Positions 25,243 through 37,710 of a DNA stretch of 64,000 bases are shown here, in pieces (within the stretch, counting starts at the first letter, position 1; every line of letters starts with the position of its first letter). The notes under the pieces are model-generated. The model did not search any database. It was not told the origin of the DNA and was given only the letters and a program-made list of their open reading frames with translations. Origin of the DNA: the human T2T-CHM13v2.0 reference genome, Homo sapiens; NCBI RefSeq assembly GCF_009914755.1, contig NC_060927.1; one strand, 5' to 3'. A program made the translations under genes and the position numbers.

Positions 25243-25628
25243 TTTTTAATATCTATTATATATTTTATATATATTTAACATATTATATAGTTACTTAAAA
25301 TGTAGCTGGAAGAAATGGTTATTTTGAAGTATAGGCCTCTGTAACTTGCTACTAAATAAAATCATTGTGGGCATTGTTTCTGAAAAAGACAGTGGATCTT
25401 TGTATATTTATTCAAGGTTTCTCTTATTTTCCAAATCAGCTTGAGATACTCCCAGAGATGAAAAAGGCCTTTAAGAGTTGGAGTTTTGATGTATGTTTAA
25501 GCTAGAGGCAAAATAAATCATGCATTATTGTTTACTTCACTTTACCTGTGGTTATAAGTGGCCAACAATTTGTCAATGATAATAAGGAATAGTTTTCTCA
25601 TTGTAACTTCCTTTACTCTATCTCCTAC

Positions 25629-26316
25629 TGGTATGGACAAGCGGCAGGGAAATACTGGGTAGAAGAGGGCACTTCCCTGGCAAAAGCCCCACCCACGGCC
25701 CTAAATGAAAACTTTACATTCTTGTTTTCCCACCCGAATGTGGCTTTTCCCAAAACCATCCTGGCCTGCCACGTCCCCCATCCTGTACCCATAAAAACCC
25801 CAAACTCCACTGGCAGAGGAGCAGAGTGGTACAGCAGAGAAAGGGAGAAGAGAAGAAGTGTCTGAATGTTGAAGAGGCAGCAGGATGGTCAGAAGGCCAA
25901 ACTCTCCAAACTCTAGGGTAAGATTATCTGCCCACTCCATGCCCTTTCCAGCTCCCCATCCTGCTGAGAGCCACCTCCATTGCTCAATAAAACCTCCTCA
26001 TTCACCATCCTTCAAGTCAGTGTGGCCTGATTCTTCCTGGATGCCAAACAAGGACCCTGGTACCAGGAAGGTGTAAAAAGCTGTCACCCTGACTCTCCAC
26101 TGTGCTGGTTAACACTTATCTGTCTGTGGACAGCAACTTCTAAAAGAACATTAATTGTAAAACATCCCTAGATGCTACCATGGGGCTGGAGCCCAAAAGC
26201 ATTCGTCCTGGCCCCAGCACCCACTTGCCTGCATGCTCCCCCTTGTACAAGGTGTCTAAGTGGGCCACACCCCATCACAAGTCCCGCAAAGGGGTCCAGA
26301 GAACTCTCCTATCCCA
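25629..26316 (+). mobile_element. LTR1-family (LTR1/LTR27/MER52 group, ERV1) solo LTR
   Basis: Starts 'tggtatggacaagcggcagggaaatactgggtagaagaggg', with TATA-like 'cccataaaaacccc' and 'caataaaacc'. 4-bp TSD ctac/ctac. Confidence 0.85.
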
Positions 26317-26429
26317 CTACTACAATGGCATGACTCATTTTTTGAAAAAGTAAGAACAGATATCTTATTTTTGTGGCCTTCAATATTAACTTACATGCCT
26401 GTGAGCTATTCATCAAATATGCATTTTCA

Positions 26430-26861
26430 GTGATGCTATGTGATCACCAAGCGATTTTTTTTTAATTCCTCTTTCTCTGTGGGCACATGGGAAGACATTT
26501 GCCAGATCATGTGCATTTAGTTGGGACCATATAATTAGCTCTGGGAAAGTAATGTGAGTGGAAGAGATGTATATTGCTGGGACTCTGGCAGGTTCTCATG
26601 ATCTTTCTCATTCTCATTTGTCCACATGGTCAGGAGCAAAGACTCCAAGACAATAGACACAGATAGAAGAAGCCTAAATCTTTAGGTCACCTGAGGAAGA
26701 TCACTTAGAAGTGACCCTAGGAGTCACCTAGAAGTCACCTAGAAGATCCTCTTAACCTGCACCATATATTGTGAAGGCAGGTGGTAAACTCTTAACTGTA
26801 TTAAGAAGCAGAGGTTTCAGGGTTTGCTTGTTACTTTAGCACAAACTCTACTGAGAATATC
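26430..26861 (+). mobile_element. Old MLT1-type MaLR LTR remnant (source of the 25056 copy)
   Basis: 'gttgggaccatataattagctctggg' and a 3' end 'gtttcagggtttgcttgttactttagcac' resemble MLT1I/J/K. Confidence 0.6.
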
Positions 26862-27579
26862 ACATTGATGGCAATCATGGCTTTGATTTTAGCAATTTCA
26901 TAAAGGAGAATATACTTTTGCAGTCAGGTGCAATAAAAAAATTGTCCAGAGTTTTTTCCAACATAGCTCGAAGTTTCAGAATTTTTCTTGGAGCCATATT
27001 TTAATATTTTATATCAATGAGCTAGATGATACAAATTTTTCTTGTGTGAGTTGTTAAAAATTTTAGTCGAAGTATACTTGAGAGGTAAGGGGAGCTTCCT
27101 TTGGTATTTTTCGCTGTATATTGGCCTCAAAGCTGTATTCCACGAAAGAAGGAAGAAAAGAGGTAAGGAAGAACAAAGACAGGGTTACCAAGATGAGAGC
27201 AGGAAAGAAGAAAACTTTTCTGAACATCTTTTTAACTCACAGTTGCAGAGGGGAGAAATTAGTCAATAACATTAGATCAACACTGAGATGATTGCAATGT
27301 TTTTTAATAATCCAACTTACAAGTACCTTTACAAATCACAATTTTTATAGCAAAATAAATATTATGAAAATTTGTCATAGTATGATATACAAATAAAAAT
27401 ATTCAATGTTGCATTATATTTTTATTTTTTGAAAAGTTATTTAAGCATAGTTTCTTAAAAATTTTAAAGGATTCAGTAACAAATAATCTTTAATATCACA
27501 TATGGTGATATTAGGTAAAGTTTCTCCTTGATAAATTATGATTTGAAATCTGGTAATTAGGTTAAACATATTAATTTGA

Positions 27580-28023
<444 letters not shown>

Positions 28024-28530
28024 CACTCACTTCCATTTTTATTCCTAATTCCTCTAAGCCCTGCTTCTCTTGAGGGTTGTAATTCTTATTTTTGTCTGGT
28101 TCTAGAATCAAAGTTATGTTGGCCTCATAAAAATGGTTGTGAAATTTTCTTTCTGTTTTGGTTATCTGGAAGATTTTGTGTAATACTACTCTTATTCCTC
28201 TTTTCATGCGTGGAAGATTATTCACCAGTTAAGTTGTCTAGGATTTTCTTTGTGAGAAAAACTTAGAACAAATTTAGTTTCTTTAATAAATATCCACTAT
28301 TCAAATTTTCTATGTCTTTGTTGTCAAGTTTGGAAAGTTGTGTATTTTTAGAAATTTGTTTATTTCATTAGAATAATCAGACTTTTATCTTTTTGATGTC
28401 TTTAGAATCTGCAGTGAAGTAGCATTTTCTTTTGTATTACTGATAATTTGTGTTCTCTTCTATCTTTTTCTGATTCCTAGCTTGATCCCATTGTGGTCTG
28501 AATGCAGGGAACATTTCTTTATCTTGGGAA

Positions 28531-28967
28531 TATGATGATTAATATTATGTGTTAATTTGACTGGGCCATGTGGTACCAAGATATTTAGTCAAACATTATT
28601 CTTGTTGTTTCTGTGAGGGTGCTTTTGGATGGCATTAAGGTTTAAATTGGTGGACATTGATGGAGTAAAGCAGATTGCCCTCCCCAGTGTGGTGGGTTGA
28701 ATCCAATCAGCTGAAGCCCTGAATAGAACAAAAGGCTGACCCTTCCTTGAGTAGAAGACAATTCTCCTGCCTGACAGCCTTTGAACTGGAACATCAGCTC
28801 TTCCTGATTCTACAGCAGTTTCCAGCTTTATACTTGAACTGGGACTTCAGCTCTACAGGTTTTAGGCTTGACAGCCTATATAATTGTGTGAACCAATTCT
28901 TAGTAATAAATATCTTTATATATATGTACTATTGGTTTTGTTTCTCTGGAGAACCATGACCAATCCA
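28531..28967 (+). mobile_element. MLT2 (ERVL) solo LTR
   Basis: 'tatgatgattaatattatgtgttaatttgactgggcca...gagtaaagcagattgccctccc...tctctggagaaccatgaccaatcca'. Confidence 0.85.
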
Positions 28968-29987
28968 GAGCAGAAGAACAATGTTGTACAATGTGTACGT
29001 AAAAAGAATGTTAAATCTGTCATTGTTTGATGTAGCATTCTATATGTGCCAATGAAGTAAGGTTTAATTATGTTTATATCTTCCGTGTACTCACTTAAAA
29101 ACATTTTCTTTCTATCAGATATTGCAAGAGGTGTGTTAAAGTCTCCATTGTTATTATGTACATGTCTACTTCTCTTTTCTGTTTCTTAATTATATTTTGT
29201 ACATTTTGAATTCATGCTATTGGATGCATATATATTTAAAATTTTGATATCTTCTGGTTATATTCACCTCTTTGTGAAGTATCATTCTTTATCTCTAGTA
29301 AAGAGATAAAGACTCCCTTAAAGACTGCTTTGTCTGAATATTAGTATAGCTATATGAGTTTTCTTTTGGTTAGTGTTTGTAGGAAATTATCTTTTTTACT
29401 GCTTTACTTATACTTTTTCTGTGTTTTTATATTTAACATGTGTTTTCTGTATCATGTAAGTATTTTTATTCTAATCTGATAATCTTTGTATTTACGTTGT
29501 GACACTTAGTCCATTTATATTTAATATTATTACTGATAGAGTTGGGCCCATGTCTACCATTATATAATTTCTTTTATTTGACTAACATGATTTGGTTCTT
29601 TTTAATCCCTTGGTTTCACTTGGATGAAGCAAATTTTTATTCTTCCATTTTTTATTCTACATTTGTTATTTACTTGTTGTTTTACTATTCTTTTTATGTT
29701 TTATGCTCTAGGATTACAGCATGCATTCTTTCTATAATTGTCTAATACAAATGATCACTTCTATATTAATGCTAGAATCTTAAAAATCTTTAACTTCATG
29801 TATCATTGCCCACTTTTTAAGTAATCATTGCCAATTTTACTTCTCTATATATTTTAAATTTCCCAAGATATTGCTAGTATTATTTTATACAATCAACATT
29901 TATTTATATTTATCCACAGATTCATCCTTTCTGATACTCTTCATTCTTTTATGTTTTCCTGTTTCATTTTCTTTTGCCAAAAGAAAC

Positions 29988-30802
<815 letters not shown>

Positions 30803-32454
30803 AGTCACCTTCATTTTTGAAGGGTATAATTTTTACATATGGCATTCTACATTTGCAGGGTTTTTTTCTTCTAACATTTCAGCCATCATTTCATTGTCTT
30901 TGGATTTTCTTTTCTTGAGAAATCAGCCGTTTTAAGTGTAATTGCTCCACTTTCAAAGTTAATGTGTCATTTTCTTCTTAACTGCTTTTAAAATTCTCTT
31001 CTACATAGGTTTGAACAGAAATACTGCAATGGCCAGATAGCATTTCTTTGTATTGATATTAATTGGATTGTCTTAACTTCTTAACTCTGTGGGTTAATAC
31101 ATTTTTATCATTGTAGAGCCATTATCTCTTAAAAACATTTTTGATGGAGTCTCAGCTCTTTGCTTTTAGGATGGCAGTTCCCTGAATCTTTTCCTTCTGA
31201 AAATCCAACTGCATGTGTATTAGAACTTTTAGTTATGTTTTGACACTATTGGTCTTTCACATATTCCTAAGCCCTTTTCTCATTTATTTTCTCAGTACTT
31301 CAGTTTGGATATTTTCTATTGACCCATCTTACAGTTAATGAACCTGTCTTATTCTGTGCCTGATATTCTGGTAAACATATTCATTTAATTTTTCCCCCAG
31401 ATAGTATATTTTTAGTTTTAGAATGTCACTTTGATTCTTTTTTTAGTTTCAAATTCTCTGTTTGTACTCTTCGTAATTTTACTAGGTTTGTCCATATTTT
31501 ATAATATTTTCTTGAGCATCAAAGCTATTTTTATGTTTTTCTCTGCTAACTCCAATATCTATATCACCTATGAATCTGTCCCTTTCTATTTTTTTCACTT
31601 CCTTGGTTATTAGTTGGTTTGTTCTGTATATTGGCAAGCCTAGTAATTGATTGTACATATTGTGCATAAAAAAGAAACTGTAAAGTCAATTTTTTCATTA
31701 TAAGGTATCTTCTACCAACAAGGATTTACCCTTTCAACTACTATGAAACTAGAATGGAGAATTGATCATCTTCATCCAGATGTAGACTACACTTAGGCTG
31801 GAATGCAGTTTGGGTAAGGCTCGGTGTACCTATGATTTATATCTGCTCCGATGGTGTGACCTTCAATAGGCTTTTGATTGAGAATTTAGTGAATCTTTTG
31901 TCTCTTGAGTACTAAGAATAATGAAATTTCCATTCTGCTTTTCAGCGTTATATGACTTAGTTATTTAGACTTTTGCTCTACGTATCTTCAGAAAATAGTA
32001 AATTTTTGAGATGGAGATTAGCTATATTTGAGGTCTCTTGGGTCTCCAACTTTGCTATTCTAACCCACATAGCTGCCAAAACTGTGATTATTTATCTGTG
32101 CTTTAGCAGCAGTTCTCTGTTGTAACCAAGCTCATATTTCATTTTAGCCAAAATCTGCAAATGTCCCCAGAGAAAAAGGAAACTATATAGCTCCTCAGTT
32201 TACCTCTGAAATTATCCCCGTTTTTTTCCTGGAATTCCAGTTCCTCCATGCCATTTTGCTTCAGCAGCTAACTGATACCCTTAAAAATGGTTTTTGTAGT
32301 TTACTTGGGTTTTCTAGTTGCCATGAATACTTATTTCATCATGCCCTGAAGCATAAGTCTTGATATCCATATTACTTTTATCTTAAGGACTGCTAAAAGT
32401 ACACAATTAAAATTAATATCTTTCCTATACTATATATTTCTTTTTCCTTGTTTT

Positions 32455-33146
32455 CCAATAGAGACCTTTTATTGAATCTTTAAAATATCACTAATAGGTC
32501 TTAGGAATCATCTGGCATCTCATTTTGTTAAAGACAGCTCTTAGTTCTTACTCATCAGTATGCTGAACTGTTCTTTTTTTCAGATACATTAACACCATAC
32601 AAAAATTTTCTGATATCCTTGCTTTTAACTGTTATGGTTTGCTGAATCCAAGCAGCTGAAATTGATACAAATTCTTGTCATTTTCTTCGGGAATTAATTC
32701 ACCTTTCTGGGCTTGAGATATTGAACAAGCAATGCCTGGCCTCAGTTGAAACAAGCAGATATATTTTTTTACCCAAGAAATTTCAGATTTCATCAAGAGA
32801 CCACTTTCCTGAATAACAACCTTGATGGGGAAGTGAGCACACACAAACCTCATTTTTTAACAAAAGCCCAGTGTAACACCCTTTGTCACGTTCCATACAT
32901 GACTACAGATAGTGCAAATGGTAGCCAGCTCCTTTCTACTTCTCCATCATTTATCAGCCGAGAGCCTCTTATTTCTCTTCTTAAGGAGGCTGAGCTCTAC
33001 ATTGGTGTAGTTGAGGTCCCTCTGCAGACCCCTTCTGCAGCCCTTCACAATCACTGTACAACCTTCTGAGTGATTACATTTCCTGGAACATAGGCAACCT
33101 GCCAAGAACAGGCTTCATTCTTGAAGTAGGTACAGCAAAGAGAGAT
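32455..33146 (-). pseudogene. RPL9P: Processed pseudogene of 60S ribosomal protein L9 (RPL9/uL6)
   Basis: Manual minus-strand translation from the ATG at 33118 to the stop at 32548 gives [83 protein letters not shown] and ..TVQHTDE*, colinear with RPL9 but with stops and frameshifts. Pyrimidine-rich 5' UTR, AATAAA at 32468-32473, degenerate A tail and TSD. Confidence 0.95.
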
Positions 33147-35236
33147 ACAGATTTGTTTTACTATCTCCCTTTAGAACATTTCCATTTTAATGTGTTCAAA
33201 ACAGAGCTCATCCCTTTATTCTTCCATATCTATAATGGCTCCACCAGGCTCCCATTCATACATCATGTTGGGGATGAGAGATATTGCAATATTAGGTAGA
33301 GAAGTCCTAGAAGTCCTCACTGAGAAGATAAACTTGAGGCAAACGCCTGACAAAAAAAAAAAAGGAGCAAGTCTTCTCTTGAAATGTCTGTAGGAAGAGA
33401 AGCAGGAATACCAAGCTCAGGGGCACTGTTACAGGAGTGTGCCTAATGTTTCTGTATAATGGCAAGAAGATCAATATAGCTGAGGTTGAGTGAGCAAGGA
33501 TAGAGTAATGACATGTAAATTCAGATTAGGACTAGTTGAATCATCATCTATACTCTTTATTCTCTTTCAATAGTTCACATCTAATAAAGTCATGGTTTAC
33601 AAATAAAATAGTTTGTATACACATGCCTCGCTCATAATCATGTTAAAACCACCCTCATTTATGTTGTATTGCCTGTAGAAAATTGCTCATCAGAAACTGA
33701 ACTTCCTAGTTCTTGGAACTCCTCACTCCAAGTAAATTTCAAACAAAACAGTCTCCTCTGCCACCATCACTGTCACAGTCACAGGATAAGTCATTAAAAA
33801 TTCCTAACTCTGGATTTTTCCATTACTGTACATGAACAGGCCAATTAAAGAGAATAAAATGGACCAGTTTTTTATGACAGGTAATTTGAATGTTTGAATA
33901 TGAACAATTACTCTATTTCAATGTCTACGACAATATTAGAAAAAAAAACTGAGAATTTTGGTATTGGTTGTGGATTTTTCAAAAGTCAAATGGATTTGCT
34001 GCATGTAAGACTGTGATAGCAAATGAATGAAATGTTCAACTTTCTGTTCTTGGAAAAAATCTGAAATAAATTAATCAGTTAGCTTCATGACTTCTTGGAA
34101 AGAATTTCACTAAAAAAGGAGCATCCTGCTCCTTCAGACAACTGCTCCCTAGAGAGCATTTTGAATCTCTCATTGCCCTTCATTCTTTTCCCACATACAT
34201 CATGCTGACACATACAGCTTTCATAAAATAGCCAAACATGATTATTGTTTTTCTAGAGAAGAAGCAACTTTAAAGACATACAAGGATATAAATGTATGTT
34301 GCCATGTAGCTATAGACTTCCTGATTTTTTTACCAACACAGTAAAAACTGGTTTTGTAAGCTCCCTGTATATCCTTTGGGAAACCATCTGTTGTTTTTCT
34401 GCTAAATGAGATAACATCAATATGCCTTTCCAGCCATTGCCTTTGATCATCTGCCTCTAATGTAGCACATTTGAGAGGCTTATCATTCCCTCTGTTTGCA
34501 AAGAAATGAATTTTCAGATGCTTAATAAATAATGCAAAATTATTTGGAACAAAAAAATCACAGAAACCAAGAAATATGAACGAAAACAGCATTACTACAA
34601 GTCTCATTTCTGGGGGAAAATTTTAGAACACCTTTTCATTTTCCTAAGAGAGAAGCAAAACACTGGTTCTTCTGGTTAATGTTGAAGGTTTCTTTTTGTT
34701 TGTTTTTTTTTATTGTTTGCAAGAAAATGGAAGATACTATAGCAAGGAATGGAAAAATGAAAAAGATGAAAAAGATAGTGGATAAATTTGCATACCACTT
34801 ACACTGGATGTTACATTCTAAAATGTTCACACTATATTGTAAAAAATGAAACATAGTATGACTGGGATTAAACAAGGGAAATGGAATATTTATTGGATTA
34901 AATTAAATTTTCTTTCATGTTTAGCATAATCTACAGTTGGTACAAATAAGTGAAGCTATGCAATCTTAAAAACACTTTTAAACATCTGTTTTTCACTTGA
35001 TTTAATAAAGCTAACACCTGTATTTTTATAAAAATAAAATATGTCTAAAAGCCTGTCACAGCTATTATTATAGATGTTATAAGTAAATATAATGTATAAA
35101 TTAGCATTTTACTATAAGCTATATTTTAAAAGCTGCATGAGAGCCACGCAGATGACTTGTTAATTTGTTTGTTTAGAATCTCAGAAACTTTTTGTGTGTG
35201 AATCTGAAGAAAGAAAAAATTTAATTTTTCAGGTGA

Positions 35237-35586
<350 letters not shown>

Positions 35587-36499
35587 GTCTGACCAGATCT
35601 TAAATGAGTGTCTTTTAAAACCACAGGTTAGTCTTTTATCCTAAAATACACTATTTTACTTTATGAGCACATGTAAAGGCCAAGACCACTGATAAGAAAA
35701 GAGCTGCTCTAGAGATGTGCAAATGTGAAGAGACAATACAATACACAGATGTCCAAGTTAAGAAGACATGGATGAAACAGGAAGAGAAAGAGAGTGAAGC
35801 AAATTCTGAAATACTTACACTTCATAGATCCAGAAGAGCTGATTTGGGCAGTTTTATGAAGGAGGTGCATCACCAGGAGACTTTTCAACAAGAGTTGGGA
35901 CATCATTGGGCGGAAAGAAGTTGAAAATTGGTTTCAGGCAAGAATGAAGAAGAGATGGTGCCATATAGGGAGAATGAAAAGCAACTGTGAGAAGATAAGA
36001 TCTTGATGGATAATACTTTCTCTTTGTCATGTTTATTTAATGTTGAATTGAAAGAACACATTAAATTATAGAAAGTCCCTCTGATACTACTCCATTTTCA
36101 AGTAAGTATATAAAAAGCCTTCTTAAAGCTTTCAACACTTAAAAACTTCCTGAGCCTAAATCTCTCACACCATAATTAACAAAATAAAGGCAGATGTGAA
36201 ATACAAATTAAAGTTCTGAAAGCTGAAATTTAATTGGTAACTGATTTGGTGGAAAAATCTGACCTGGTCTGAACTAACACAAAGCTAGTAAATGTACAGG
36301 TATGAACTTTTGAAAATCTGAAGCTTTCTGAAGTCTGAAACGCATTTGCTTCCTGAGGGCTTCAGATAAAAATTGTGGATCAATTAGAATCAGTTTTCAC
36401 CCTTCCTTTCTGCAGTTAAGTAATACCAGCATTTTTTTGGGCAGTGGTGGGGGCGGGGGAGAGTCTTTTTTAAGGGTAATTATATTAACCATTTTAATC

Positions 36500-37065
36500 T
36501 ATTTCCTGTTACTTCTTTTGAACTTTCTTCAAATTCTTTATGTCCCTTTCAAAGTGACTGAGTCCAAATTTGGATACAATACTGAAGTCAACATCTGACC
36601 AATTCATATTATATGGTTTATTCCATTTCCACCTTTTCAACAACTATAAGTATTTTTAAAAGGATTGTTGTTTGTTCTATTTAGAGTAAACAGGCATGGT
36701 TCTTCCTCAATATCAGCTCACAAATGATCAGTATCTAGTTGATGTTTTGCATGGAGCAGGCTGTCAAGATATGTTGGTGAATTTATCAAAACATGGCTGA
36801 CTACTAAAGTTCTATTCTTGTTCATGCATTGCTGTCTTATGCATACTTTTTTAAATGGTAGCTTATATGCATCCCTGTCTTATGATTCCTATCTTTCTTC
36901 CATTTGTGCAATTCCTTTTTTATTCCAAAGTATGTCATTCTAAACTTGTCCTTCCTAAACTTTATTTTTGATGACTCCTCCTTATTAAGATTGTTTTAAA
37001 TTCTAAGCATAAGTTCCATGATGATAATAATTGCTCTTAGCTTTGGGTCATCTGCAAATCTACAG
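36500..37065 (-). mobile_element. Ancient CR1/L3 LINE remnant
   Basis: 'agctttgggtcatctgcaaa' is the antisense of an RT FADD.KL motif. 'ccaaatttggatacaatactg...tctgacc' resembles the antisense CR1 'RPHLEYCVQFW' segment. Confidence 0.55.
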
Positions 37066-37710
37066 TGTATTTTTAGACACATGTTTATTTCCAAAAGGAA
37101 TTACCAAAAATGGCGTAAGTAAATACAGAATAAGAAAATTTAAATATTCTGAAATATTTATTTTACACTTAATCCTGCCACCTTCATTCTGCAGGGAATA
37201 TACTATAAACATAAATTCTCACAATATGTGTAGTTTTTAGACATGCAGTTTTTAGCATTTCAATCATGTTCCATTACAGCTGAATAATAAACATAGTCCC
37301 TTTCTTCAAGAAGCTCATGGTCTTTTGAGGAGGCAAACACATGAACAAATAATTGCAGTACAGAGATTTGAGTGCAATGACATGAGTATGTCCAAGGTAC
37401 ACTGTTTGGGGAAAATTTGAAAGGAGAATACTCAAACAGAATATGACTGGAACTGCTCCTGGTGAGGGAATAGAAAGGATGTTTTGGGGAGATGAAATAA
37501 CCATAACAGAAATATTAGTGACAGAAAAACCACAACTAAACAGTACACAAAGATGCAGAGACGTGAGGGAAAACATTTAGGGAACTTTAACCTAACCAGT
37601 GTAACAGAGTCAAATATGCATATGGGCAAAATTACAAAGGACCACCTGGGCTATGGCAGGACTTTGTCTGAAGGCAATGAAGCACACTGATATGGAACCT
37701 TTGCATTTCA

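Noticed and set aside
22571-26316. The two LTR1-family LTRs as the ends of one provirus
   Set aside because: They are in opposite orientations with different TSDs, and there is no gag/pol/env sequence between them.
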